Shown piece by piece: positions 42,290 to 55,680 of a DNA stretch of 64,000 nt. The position numbers were made by a program, and so were the translations under genes. Each line of letters starts with the position of its first letter. The first letter of the stretch is position 1. The stretch is from Octopus sinensis (lineage: Eukaryota). The notes below the pieces were generated by a model, which was not told where the DNA came from, ran no database searches, and was given only the letters and a program-made list of their open reading frames with translations. Where the stretch lies: contig NC_043008.1 in assembly GCF_006345805.1 (NCBI RefSeq), positions 2,046,001 through 2,110,000 on the forward strand, given 5' to 3'.

Positions 42290-42620
42290 TCAGCTGTTCA
42301 CTACAAGTGACCTAAGGTAACACCTCTTATTTTTCGAGGACCATCCGGAGAATTCAAGCGGTTACAAGCAGTTTTCTGCAAGTGCTCCACCCTTATGGCA
42401 GCCTCTATTTATTCTACGTAATTGTCGATATCTTTGCTCACTGTTCCCAGGGCTCTGACAATTATTGGTACTACTGCTACCTGTTTTATCGACCACAACT
42501 GCTTAACTTCCCAAGCTAACCTATCATATATCTCGACTTTTCTTTCTTCCTTATTGCATAACTTGTCAGCTTGGCATGCTATATCTATGATCCAGCATAG
42601 TTAGCTTTCATTTTTCAATT
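42290..42620 (-). mobile_element. R4/Dong-clade retrotransposon 3' end (RLE endonuclease)
   Basis: Minus strand: CWIIDIACQADKLCNKEERKVEIYDRLAWEVKQLWSIKQVAVVPIIVRALGTVSKDI...EHLQKTA, followed by a (CAA)/(TAA)n tail. Confidence 0.9.
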
Positions 42621-42683
42621 AAGACTATGTGAGGCTTCCGATTCTCAACTATGTGCGGCTTCTTATTCTAGACTATATCCGGC

Positions 42684-42742
<59 letters not shown>

Positions 42743-42744
42743 AA

Positions 42745-43080
42745 TTATTGAGTGAGAGAGCAGTGCATAACATCAGGGTGACACTGGGGTACAAATATAG
42801 GAAGCCCAGTATACCCATCACGACTACCCGTCAGATAAGGGTACACCAGGCACATGCATCACAACCATATCAAGATTAACAGCACATGACCTTGCGGGTG
42901 GAGCCCAGTTAGACTTTTCTTCAGGTTGGGTAGCCCATCTCACTCAAACGATCCCTGAATAAGGTTTTTTAAGGATATAGAACACACATGTTACCAAAGG
43001 TGAATTATTCAAACCCCAAAGAATTCCTCTCAATACTTGGCTCTGATGCTCTCCCACTACTTCTGTACCTATGCATTTTT
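42745..43080 (-). mobile_element. Non-autonomous (TAA)n-tailed retroelement
   Basis: Ends '...gcactgctctctcactc' directly before (AAT)n on the minus strand; no coding remnant recognised. Confidence 0.65.
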
Positions 43081-44149
43081 ATTACTACTTCTCAACACCG
43101 GTGCTTAATGCGCCACCGATTCAGCAACGATTTCAGTGAGTAAATTAAGATATTTATATTTGACGCGTATGTCGAGCCATGCAGAGAGGAAGTGAGTGAG
43201 TGAAAGAGTGAGCGGGAATGACGAATAAGTCTTTGAAATCCATTCTATGATCGAACTGAAATTGGCCGTTGGCTTTTAAAGTCGCTAACCCCTCCACACA
43301 CACACACATTTTTTTAGGACCTCTACGCATTTGAATTAAGCGATACACTGGATAACATGTTAAGTCTTATGCTCCGAAATTCAGATTGTGAATTTGCTTC
43401 AATTATAAAATTACGCTTCAACTGAAAATCCTCGTGTGGCTTTCGAAAACAAACTTTTCTTTAGCTTTCTTTACTTTTCGTTAAGTTACAATTTCTCTGG
43501 TTTGGTCAAGATGTTTCTAATTTAAGCATTTAAAAAGAAAATCAAATCCATAGAGCCGAACAAAATAAAAAAAATATTAATTCTATTTTTTCCCTTTCCT
43601 TAATACTAACAAGAGCATACTACGAGAGAGATTTGACTGTTATTTCTAGCAAATTGCACAACCTCAAAGAGTTGTTCAATTGGCTCATTTTTTGATGTGT
43701 ATAAGTAAACAAGAACTAAAAGTGACACGCACACACACACACACATTCATATATTAGTTTCGATAATAAATGTCACGTGGTAGAAATAAACGCAGCTTTC
43801 TCTTATATTTTTTGTTAAGTTAAATTTTCTCTGTTTCGGTCAGGAATTTTCCAATTTCTTTTTTCTTGTATCAAACAATTGACGAAAGCATTTAAAATAA
43901 TTGAATTCATAGAGCCGAACAAAATCAAAAAATATTATTTCCATTTTTCCCTTTAATTTTTTTTTTCCTTCAATATAATTAATTACCGTATCCTGTATAT
44001 TGTGTCCTTGCCTATTAGATGTGTATTTCAGAAATGTGTTCACCTTTTAAACAAAGACTTTTTAATAAATTCGTATACACTCTGAATCAGTTTCGAGGTT
44101 TATTGTTTTAATAACAAGTTTTAAAATATGGATAATCGCATAAGGGATG

Positions 44150-44415
44150 CAGCACGACAATGGCTACGCGAGGAACAGTGGGAGGTAATAAGGAATCAAA
44201 ATCAGGTGAGGATGAGACAGAGAAGAAATGAAATAAGCCGAGAAGAGAGGGAGTGTATCCTACGGCATAGAAAGGAAAGTCATTAGCGAAGGATAGGACA
44301 ACTGAGGCAGGACCAAGGAGAAGAGTATTTTCAAAATAAGAGAGAAAGAGACCAACGTAGTCGTGAACACATGAGTCAAGAGAAAAGGCAGTTGTGCTTA
44401 GAAGATATGAGAATC
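44150..44415 (+). mobile_element. Possible Helitron N-terminal charged-repeat remnant
   Basis: Broken frames QWLREEQWEVIRNQNQVRMRQRRNEISREERE... and DQRSREHMSQEKRQLCLEDMR. Similarity is compositional only. Confidence 0.3.
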
Positions 44416-44597
44416 GGATCTTACAGGGAATAGGTCCAGGGGTCAGTTTCTTCGACTAAAGTTTGGTGCTCAAGCATGGCCACTGTTAAATGACTGAAAC
44501 AAAAGGATAAAGGAATACAGGAAGAACCTTCCCTACCAGTACACCAAGTGGGTTCTCTGGATATGTACGATGTATTTTCAGGCTAAATAGTAATTCT

Positions 44598-45665
44598 GTT
44601 TACGATAGTCAACCTATGCCGTGCTCAGGTTTGTGTGTCTTCTCTTGCAGCTCCTGATAATTAGATCATGGATTTAGAGCTGATCTTTTGTCCACCGGCT
44701 CATCTTTCATTGCACTTTCTGTTCAATAGGTAGCATCCCACTGTTTTCCAGTTTTGTTCACCGACCAAAGCACCTGGCATTACTTTCCACATTAGCAGAA
44801 GACACACTATTGGCCTAAATTTGGATGCAGTATTTCCCTTTTCAAGATCCTTGGCTCACAATAATGTCTTTCCCTTTTTTTATCCAGCTTGATACTGCAC
44901 CTTTCTGAATCCACTCATCTAGCTGTTGCGCTCTCCTTTCATGGAGCCCTTTCAGATTTTTCATCCAATAATCTTGGAAACCACCCGGTCCTAGGCTCTT
45001 CCAATTTGGTAATTTTGTAACTGTTTTTTATCACGTCTGTAGTCATCGTTATTTCTTCTATATTTCGTTGGCTTTCTTTCTATATTTCATAAGTTATTTG
45101 GATTTCATGCAATTTATAAATATAGATTTGGCGACAAGAAAATAAGTCATCAATTTTATATGGATGACTTCCTATCCGCGCTTCATCATTATGCTCTATA
45201 GGTTAACCCCAGATCCCTTGGCAGAATGCCCTGCTTTCCTCTGCATCTGGTACCATTGTTACGTGTAATTGCCCTTTCTGTTTCCTGAAAGTTTCTTCTG
45301 ATTTCTTCCCAAAACTCTGTTTTGCCTCAACTGTTTATATCTGTTGTCATTCTATTCCAGTTTTGCTTTGATTGATACTACTCTTTTTATCAATTCTAAT
45401 ATGACATCATAGTCTTTATCTTTTTTTCTATATTTTCTTTTCAGCATTATTCTTATGCTTTCGCTCTGCAATTCACCTCTACTCAACCTGTCAGATTATC
45501 CTAAATGTGCTTTACCTTTGTTTCTTACAAACTGGTCTACGCGAGAATAGTTCTTTAACTTCTGCTTATTATTTTCTTTCCTCTACAACTCTATCTGCAG
45601 CAACCATAGCTGAAGCCCAAATAATCTTGTTAGTTTCAGCTATATTTTGGAGGGTAAGTAATCTT
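44598..45665 (-). mobile_element. R4/Dong fragment B (N-terminal region to start of RT)
   Basis: LQNIAETNKIIWASAMVAADR, LPNWKSLGPGGFQDYW, KFRPIVCL and KRRHTNLSTA*VDYRK. Confidence 0.85.
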
Positions 45666-46444
45666 TGATCTTCAGCAGCGCAGATAGAGAATTAACTCTC
45701 TACATTTAGCCTTGAGCTCCGTAGCCACTGATGGGTGTGCTTCTGGTCTACATCAGCTTGTTTGCTATGGACCACATATTTGCCACGCGGTGGTTTTTGT
45801 TGCCACCTATGAGCGAATTGTTCAAACACATTTTGCTTTGCTATTGATTTAACCTTCTTTTCAACTACAATTGCCGCACTACCATCGTGCTGCTCACCCC
45901 GGGTATTAAGCATAAACTATTTTTGCTCTCTTCCATAACAGAATGAAACTTCTAACGTCTTTCATGTCATCCCGATGTCATCATTGACTGCTTTCACAGT
46001 ACGTAGTAGTCCTTGAAGCTCATCAGCATCTTTGTCATAGAGTATTACGTCATCCATATAAAATCGCTGACTTATTTTCTTGTCACCTAATTTATATCCA
46101 TACCCTGTTCTGTGAAGTTCACTTGCAAGGGGCATTAGGGTTATGTAGATAATTAAAGGTGAAAGCGAGTCACGCTGGAAAATGCAGCAGTTGATATTAA
46201 TATTTTTCGTAGTCAGCACTCTATTAGAGTGGTACAATCGGAGATTCGTATTCAACACTGACATGTGTTTAGGAAGTTTGAATCACAGGGGAAATTTTGA
46301 ATATAGCCAGCCATTTCTAGATCCATGAATGTGGTATTCAGTCAAAGGCCTTGCTGTAATCAATCCATGCGGTACTGAGATCTCTGTGTTTGTTATGACA
46401 GTTCTCAAAGATCATGCGATTGATTAAATGCTGATCATTGCATC
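45665..46444 (-). mobile_element. R4/Dong fragment A (RT core and post-RT region)
   Basis: DQHLINRMIFENC..DLSTAWIDYSKAFD, IFQRDSLSPL, YMDD, and GKYVVHSKQADVDQKHTHQWLRSS...AAEDQ. Confidence 0.9.
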
Positions 46445-48545
46445 CGTTGTATAGCGAAACTGTACACCCATCCCGGTAAAAAGTGGTAGAAACCAGCCAT
46501 TATAAATACACCAGCAGCAGGTCGAGAGGAGAATGTCAGTAGGTCGAGAGTACGTGTAGACTGTGTTGATAGTCATGTCTATATTGATATAGTAATTATA
46601 CCGTGATACTGAGTTGACGTCATATCGACCCAAACTTTGAAGTATGATAATACTGTACGACCGGGGGTCGAATAATGCCAGATAGAAACATTCTATCGAT
46701 GACTTCGGAATGTAACAAACAAGTGTCAGAGCGACATCTGTCGTCAACAGACATACATAACATTCCCAAAAGACCGCTTTACAACAGTGACGACGAAGAA
46801 AAACAAATTTACACGGAGTGAAAAAAGAAAAATATCATTCACATGGAAATTTGAAACTAATTCACGTGGAAAAGTAAATAACAGGACAAAAAAGAAAAAA
46901 AACTCTTGTGCAAACTTACGAAAATCGTAAAATATGGAAACTGCAACAACATCAACAACTCAAGGAACAACAAGGACAACAACAATGATTGCAGCAGCAA
47001 ATATTACGGTTATTAAGCAAACCGGAGAAGACATTTTTCCCTGACCTTGTTGTAAAATCTATGAGAGAATTCAAATATTATCTCAAAAAAAAGGAGTAAC
47101 CTCCGAGGCTTTCTTCCGAAGATTTCAACAAATTTTTGAAAATAAATCCAGGATTGGACGGAGGATATGAAAAAGCTTCTACTTTACAGTAAACTAGGGA
47201 CAGCAGAGCATGTGAAATGTAGTAACTTCATATTGCAATAAAGAAAGCCTCCGACATTAATTTCACCAACATATTTGACGTTTTGTGCAAAATGTTTAGT
47301 GAAAAGAACTCACTGCTTAATACTAGATGGATACGTTTAAATGCAGAAAAGAATGAAGATGAAGACTTCACTATTTACACAGGCAGAGTCAACAAACAAT
47401 GTTACAGACTTAGGCTGGATATGCTTATTCCAGTTTCTTTCAAGTGCTTGATTTTTGCACAAGGATTGAGGGATAAGAGGGATACTGAAATCCGAACAGG
47501 TATTCTATCAAAACTAGAAATGCCATTGCAGTAAGTGTCAGAAAAGTGCATGTGGTGAGATGCACTTGAAAAAAAATTTCTTTATATAGAAAAGCAAAAT
47601 GTTTTCGCTGTGGGTTTCGAGTACATATCAATTGCACTGCAAATCTAGGCAAGGAAAATGGAACAAGCAAGAAGTAAATAGTTTGTCTGTAGGAAGAGTT
47701 GTGACTAGAAGAAACAGAAAATTCGTGAATGTGAGAATTGGAAACAATATTGTCAGAATAGTGGAATTAGACACGGGAAGTGATATCATAATCATAAACG
47801 AGAAAACATGAGAACAAATCCAGTTCGGTGTTACGAAAAGAAAATTACATTTGACAGGCAAACGTGTTTGTAATATAATGTTAAAAGTTAGAACATGAAT
47901 GCTGATGAGTTGAAAAATCTATGAATATATTTGGCACCGAATGTATGGAGTAATTTCATTTATGGGATACACCCATAAGAGCTTTCTGCTATAATTTAAA
48001 CGGAGCAGTCAGACGGTTGAACGAGGTCGATTGACTGAAACGGAAACTGAAAGAAAATTTCCCAAAAGATTTTTCGGTAGGTTTAGGATGCTGCACTAAA
48101 ACAAAACAAAAGATTATTATCAAAGAAAACTTAACCCCTATTTTCACTTCCAGACGGTCAATAAAGAACTGGAAATGTTGGAAAGTCTCAATATAATTGA
48201 AAACATTGATCATGCAGACTGGGCAACAGTGGCGTACGTCAAAAGAAAACTCATAAGCTAAGATTGTGCACAGACTTCTCGATTGGGTTAAAACACTGTT
48301 TACTGACATGCAATTACTCACTTAGAAGCCCCCAAAAAGATTTTGCTAAATTAACGGAAGGAAATTTGTTTCGAAGTTATACCTCTCATAGACGTAACTT
48401 CAAGTTTAGTTAGAAGAAGATTGCATACATCTACTAAGAATCAACACGCACAAGGGATTTTACAATTTCAAACGAGTGCCTTTTGGAGAAAGAATTGCAC
48501 CCGCCATATTCTAACAAATAATGGATGCAATGTTAAATGCATCAT
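46445..48545 (+). mobile_element. 3'-truncated Ty3/Gypsy LTR retrotransposon (5' LTR, gag, protease, start of RT; pseudogenised)
   Basis: LTR 46445-46786 with termini (c)GTTGTA...TACAACA and a TATAAATA box near 46500, then PBS-like gtgacgacgaa. gag FKCLIFAQGLRDKRDTEIRTGILSKLE; protease ELDTGSDIIII; RT remnants DHADWAT..YVK and INTHKG..FKRVPFG. Confidence 0.88.
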
Positions 48546-49730
48546 CATCATCCTCATTATCATCTCCAACATCATCAACTTTTTTCTGTCGATTTTGTTG
48601 CACATATCAGGGTCGCTATTAAATTTCTGATGTCGTATCTCCTTGTAGAAAATAGCATTATTATGCAGCCAGTGTCTCTGTCGATTTATGGTAAATAAAT
48701 CAACTTTATACTAAGATCCTGCAGGGTATACCAGCTGTATAATTGTGTAAATCAATGGAACTATCATTCTGATGCTTTAAGATGGAGTAGTTCAACGCAT
48801 AAAACAGTTCCATGTAGCCTTTAAGAACTTACTAATAAAAACGCAGTTAATATATCAAATGTTATTAGGTAGTATGTGTTAATTCTTATTGTTAATAGCG
48901 CTAAGATTTTTATCGAACAGGAGCCATATTGTAAATGAGTTGCCCAAGGTGCACCCAGTATGACTAAACTTCAAACTACATTTTCATCATTGATATTTGA
49001 AACATCATAACCTGTCAAATATGCACTTATCATTTTCGATTAATAATGGAATAATCTTTAGTTATAACAACATTGAGTATTACGATTTTTTTCAAACCAA
49101 TCAATAGTTCTTAATAATTTCCAAAAGTTATATTTTAAAAATGCTTGCATATTATTAATATTTGGAAATTAGTGTATTACATGTTAAATACGTCTGATTA
49201 ACAATCTATTGAAAGTAAATTAAGGAGGCAAGAATTTCATATAAATTATTTCCATAATCCGGAAAAGTTCTATAACATATGTACTCTGCAGTGTATTATG
49301 AAAAGACATTACATAATCTCGGATTGGAGTATCACTTGCTGTCCAATACAACTACAGAGATATGATCTCTCTAAGAAACACCTGTTATGCTGTCTAATAA
49401 TTTTGCATTAACACTGCAAAATCTATTTTGTTAGATCTACCCAGGAGAAAATTGCAGGTGGTAGAAAACTATATTAGTTTTGATCAGACAAAATAAACCA
49501 AAAATTGTAAATATCATGTATGTTTCTATTCGACAGAAATGTGATTTCTATTAAATACAAATGTGTGAATGATATATGACTTCAAGATTCTCGCCAGTAA
49601 TTAATGGAATGAGTATAAACAAAAGTGCCAACACATGAATTATAATATAACTAAATACATTAATGAAATATCAGATACATTATTACTTTGCATACAAAAT
49701 GTTGTCATGAACTATGGTTATCCAGTTAAT

Positions 49731-50110
49731 ATACGGGGGTAAGTCAAAAACTATAAGCACTCTTGTTTCCGTAATATAGTAATACAAAAGCAGGAATTGA
49801 AGAATTGCAGTATTTAAGGACATAATTTTCCTCCTTTTCGAAAAACGTCTTCCACCAGTCCACAGGCGTACTCCATTTGAGATTCTTATGTAAATATACG
49901 CAACGTTTTGAGTGCAACAGGCACAAAAAACTCAACACATTTCACATACACCGGGAGCCCCTTCAACTCAAAAAGCCTTGTCGCTTTGTTAGTGACCGGC
50001 TTGAAATGTCCTCAAAACAAAGAAAATTAAACTCACAGGAAAAACATACCTACATGCACACAATTATCGCAATAAACTTGCCACAGATAACACTTTGAGC
50101 ACAAAACCTT
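49731..50110 (-). mobile_element. Internally deleted mariner remnant
   Basis: TIR-like 'tacgggggtaagtcaaaaa' at 49731; minus-strand PVDWWKTFFEKEENYVLK resembles the mariner C-terminus. Confidence 0.5.
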
Positions 50111-51509
50111 TGTGCTTAAATATATATTACTTTAAGCAGAAAGTGTATCGCTAAAAAGGATGGAAGTATTTTACTCGGTTATTACTTGAGCTTCTAGCCT
50201 TCCCGAACATTTACCATTATGCTATTTCGCATTATTTCACATTGTCTAAGATATTAAGAATCTGGGATGAACTGAGGATCGATATTTTAAAAATTGTCTA
50301 CGATGGAATAACGCGTAGAATTCACGAATACTTAGCGTATCTAAAAAATACACACAGACACACACAGATACATACGCGCGCGAAACGTGTCTGTGTAAAT
50401 GTTACATTAGATTGTGCGTCTGCAGAAAGAACATAATTGATGTTATTACTACAGAAGTGAATCACCGCTCTTGTAGCCAGAAGTCAATTAACGACGTAGA
50501 CTTTGGTTATTTCATGCAAAGCATGCGAAGAGAAAAGCACATTATCATGAACAACGAAGTACCACCACCAGCCTCTGCTTTGTTATTTTTATACTTGCAG
50601 TTACAAAACCCTACGAACGGTAATTTATAACTCAGTAAAGGAATATAATTTCTAACGTACTGACTTGTGAAACCCATAAAAACTGCCTCCAGAAAAGTAG
50701 TCATGGAAATTTAAGTGGTTTTCGGTTAAATAAAAGAAATGCATAATACAGTGAGAAATATCTACTGCATATATTTCTCTGAAAATCCTCAATTCAAATT
50801 AGGAACCATGCTGTTCTAGTAATTTCAAAAACAAGATAAAAATGAAAGGAGAAAATATCACGTGCTTTGCACGAAAGGGTTAGCTTTCTATCTGATGCAA
50901 ACGCGATTCCAGTTAAATGCAGAATTCTTGCCAGCTTCCGACTAAGCATATAATCAACAATTTACATTCAACCTATGGAATACTAAACATCTTCTTGAAG
51001 ACATCTTTGGAATTTGTATTTTGTAAGACCCTCATTATACTTAATGAATCTGAATGTTAAAATCTGTAAGGAATACATTTTATGTGATTTCAAATGGAAG
51101 TTGAAATGTATTTATGATCTTCGCAGCCTGTTTCGAGTTTATGTTGTTGAACTTACAGTGATAGGATCGGTTTCAGCACCAGGGATTCTATTCTAACATA
51201 AAAGATTGTATTTCAATTTGCACTATTCCAGTGTACACAAAAATAAAGGACGACCTGTGGAATGCTCTGTTATCTCTATCACTTCAAAACGACGTTGTTT
51301 TTTGTCTGTCGTTCAATTTGTGCGGCACCCATTTCTCAGGTATTTTTGTTCTTCCAACCTCTTTGAGAAACATGTTCTCGAACAAAGTTCATATCGCACC
51401 ATGAGATAAGACAGAGGGACAAAATAGACTAGCAAAAAATATTACTGAATAACTCAGGATCCTGGATTTCTAGATTTGCTTTAAATAAGCTTTGCTATCA
51501 TCGGTTGAA

Positions 51510-51805
51510 TATATCAAGGTACGTGCGTGGATTGGCTTCGACTAAGGTTCTTAGTTGATCGTTATCAACATCCAATTGCAGACTACTACGCTTATCATCT
51601 ACTAGACTCTCGTTACCGCTACGATATTTCTTGACCCACCATTGTGCTGTATGTTCATTAGTGGTTCCTGGGCAAAACGCATCGTTGATATCGCGAGCTG
51701 TTTCAATAGCTTTTCGGCCTAGCTTGAGCTGAAATAATAAAATTGTGTGAATTTACTTTTTGTTCAAGTTGTATTCAACGTACCGGAACAAATGTCCTAA
51801 TTATT
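51510..51805 (-). mobile_element. mariner transposase N-terminal (HTH) fragment, Hsmar1/cecropia-like
   Basis: KAIETARDINDAFCPGTTNEHTAQWWVKKYRSGNESLVDDKRSSLQLDVDNDQLRTLVEANPRT. Confidence 0.85.
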
Positions 51806-53977
51806 CAAAAAGAAAAAGAGTAACACGATTAGATAGGGAGACAAACTCGGGCTTTCCAATTACATATAAAGTCAAAGTAATTTAACGAAAATGAATTTGA
51901 AAATTCATCATTTAAAACCAAAATTTAAAATTACGCAAGAACTTTCTTGACAACCTAATATAAAAGTGCGTTATTTCAAACCTGTATTAAACAGTAACTC
52001 ATTATTTAATCAGAAAAGAATTGAACTTTGCAGAATGAATCATATAAAAATGTCATTACGAATGTCATTACGAATGTATTTTCTCGGTTGATATTCTGGT
52101 TATAGCTTTCTGCATATATTATTTCAAAACGAAATGCAATGAAATATGAAGGTATAATTTGTGGAAATTTTTTTCGTGAATTTATCGGAATTTTTTCGGA
52201 ATAAGCATTTTCGTTGCTCCTCATATTATGTATATAAATTTTATTAATGCAATGCCCTGAAATATAGAAGCATATGCCTGACAACGTTATAACACTTTCA
52301 CTCATTTGATAAATGCTTATAAATATTTCCGTCCAATTGTCGACGATGTACTTTCTAAGTTTTGTAAACGATGTAAATTTATGATGGAATAGATGACACC
52401 GTAGTATACAGGAATATTATGAACTAGAAAAATTCTAACGTGCATCGATGGCTATAAGAAAAACTATCCTATAATATACGTAGAAAAGGTTTTAAAGAAA
52501 AAAAAACAATATAAAAGACACCAAAATATTCGAAAGAAGATTTTTTCTTGATTTTATATGATGCACGTAAAAAGTATTGTTCGGAATCTTAGGAAATATT
52601 TAATGAATTTCTGTTTCAAAATGTCTAGTTTAAAGTTTAATACAAATAATACGTAATACAATGGCTTATGTGTACATCAATATTACAAATCACAGGAAAT
52701 ATAGGAATATATATATACCTGGATATAAAGGGAATTTCTGGAACTCTTCCCATCATTGCATTGAAAGCAATATTAAAATGTTTTTTTCTTAAACAGTAGA
52801 AGAACGGTATTTTTATATGGAGTTCATACATAGAGTGATGGTCATGAAATACGTTAATTAAACAAAACACGTTCACACTATTAAATTTTGTTTCTCATAT
52901 ATAAATCATTTGTTTTTTTCAATGAAATTTGAAACAGAGAGAACTTTCAGCGCAATGAAGGCTTTATGTGTTTGTGTTTTAATATTTATATATATCTGAC
53001 AAGCTAAATGAGAATTTACCGAACAAACAGCAGAAATATTTCAAACGTGATCTATAGCCAGAAATGTTGTGATTGAATGAAATCTAAACGAATTACATTT
53101 TCCATTATGAAAGCGTCATCTCTCTTTCTGAAGTATTGCAAAGATTATGTCTTTATCTATTGAACGTCAATATATCTTTGCAAAAAACACATTTCATTCA
53201 AAATGTTTACCTGAAGCAGTTTATAATCTGTGTCTTATAATGAAGAGAAGCTGAGGGAATATTTTTTTGGTTTTGTAATTAGTTGTAAATTTCAGCGAAA
53301 GACAAGTCCTATCCAGGTGAAGGAAGTGAGAAATTGGTAGTTTTATCATCAGATAAAATTTCGGATTTGCTACTTGTCTACTCCTTAGTGTATCACGAAA
53401 CAATATGGAGAATGTACTGAAGATCTCCCGGGAGATTCTTGTCACATCGTTATATCTATTTTCGTGCTGATTATGGGAATAGTTGATAGCTAAGTGCTAA
53501 ATACCTGGCTAACAACGAACCGTCAATTTTCTAGAAAATTGTGAATCTAATCATTAGAAAAATACAAAAAAGCGTTGTATTTTGATGTAAATATATATCT
53601 ATATGTTTTCTAGTTTACCTCTAATTCTCTCCTTGCTCCATATTTCGCAATGAATATTTGTGTGAGTGCATGCTTGTTTGTGTGAGTGAATGTAAGTGTG
53701 TGTGTGTGTGTGCGTAAGCATATGTATGTACGTGTGTGTGTGAGAGCGCATGATGAATTCTAAAAAAATAACTAGTGATATTTTTCTCCGTCAGGGTCAA
53801 TGCGACGATCACACTTTAATGGCAATAAACAGCGGAAGTGAGCTAGAAAGTTAAAATTCAGGCGCATGCACAGCAACGTTCAAGGTCAATCTGTGCCAGT
53901 GGCTTCACTCTGCTTCCTTTAGCTTTTTTAGTATGGCAACAGCCCGGATACTTATTGATCAGATATATAGATATATA

Positions 53978-54025
<48 letters not shown>

Positions 54026-55680
54026 TATATATTATATATATATATATATATTGGTTCGGAAAGACGGATCGACAAATAATTACCAGGATTACAAGAATAA
54101 CTAATACTCTTCACGATGGTGCTCCAGCATGGCTGCAGTCTAAAGAAAATAAGAATGAAATAATAGCCATGCAACCGTTTGTGCTCGGCTCTCCTACGAG
54201 GCAAATACTATCATAGGCATGAAACCTGTTACAACTCCCTTCGACAACAAAGACTTATAATGTAAATTTATATATGTAAAAGAAAATAGTACCACTAAGT
54301 TTTCCTGCAATTTACAAAAATATTTGCCGTCTTAAAAGCTTCGCGCTTTGTCACTTCGATGGAGAAGAAAAGAGTAAAGGTAAAAAGTGAACGCGAAAGA
54401 AGTGAAATATTTCATAATGGTATGTGACAGCGACGCAGCCTTGTTAAGTGAAATAGCATTACATCTATTGTTCAATGTGTCAGCTGGCTAGACAGATGAG
54501 GAAATGCAGACAACGTAGTGAGAAATACAATACGAAAAATACAACAAAACAAAGAACATAAAAACGGAAACATCACACCCGATGAAACGCGACGTTATAT
54601 TCTTTACACAAAACATAGAATACACAGCATACGTGTAAATAAGTGATAGGTTGAGACATTATAGACAAAAGCAAAAACGATTAGTATCCGAGGTAACAAG
54701 TTATCGTGTTTGTATCACCAAAAATGAAAAAAAATATAAACGTCAGAGTATGAAAGATTTAGTGAATACAAGGAGCTAAAAAAGTTCATGTGTTCCAGTA
54801 ACTTTTCATGTCATTTTCAAACAAGTATGAAGTCACATTTCAGGTAATGCGTTCTAAAAATAGTCAGAACGTTGTTTCAAATTTATCTATGTTATATTAT
54901 CCTACCAGGCATGTAATTATACAAAAAAGTAGGATATTGTATGAGGATAATTAAATATGACCCGTCCGCACACGTTCGTCATATTATGTATCGTACGAGT
55001 AAGATATTGGCACTAAGAATATTAATATTTTTTAACGTACCATGTAGTAGACAAGCAATTAACTCGTTCATTTAGTGCCCAAGTTTCAAACATATTTCTT
55101 TAGGTCTCAGTGATTTTGCTATGAATCGATGCACAGAATTTTGAATTTCAAGACCTATTAGCTATTAATTATATATATAAAAGTAAAACTGACATTTCGC
55201 TGGTAGCATGACATGTGAAAATTCATTGAAGTCTTTCATTTACCAGGGCGAACATACACAGGAGATTTAAGTCTTGATAAAAAAAATTCGAAGTCATTCA
55301 GAAAGAAAATATAAAGATTTTACGAAGTAACTGCTCTCAGTAATACCAAAAATGGTTCATATTTCATTTAAAATAGATTGCAGTACAATGCCCCTGTCCA
55401 TAAATAGTTTTATTTGTAAAGCATTGCCCGCACAGTTAAGGCTTTACACATTTGCACTGCTTAATATGTCTCTGCATCGAGAAATATCGCATTTGCAAAG
55501 AAAGAAACAAGTTTTTCTAAGTAGAAAACAAGAAGTGATCGATTGTCATAATATTCTTAATACTGATTTGTAAGTGGTTTCTAAAATTGTATTATATGAC
55601 ACATGATTAGAAATGTATGCCCATACATGTGTGAGTGTGTTTATATATATATATGTTTATATATATATATATATATATAT

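Noticed and set aside
43530-43975. Diverged direct repeat (catagagccgaacaaaat) at offset about 359 bp
   Set aside because: Old, short, AT-rich local duplication with no further structure seen.
50605-50623. Possible microexon after a strong acceptor; similar candidates near 29910-29936 and 53293-53333
   Set aside because: Splice-like motifs of this size are common by chance and cannot be supported without RNA data.
54359-54419. Possible first exon MEKKRVKVKSERERSEIFHN ending at a GTATGT donor
   Set aside because: Short, unrecognised, no supporting downstream exon.
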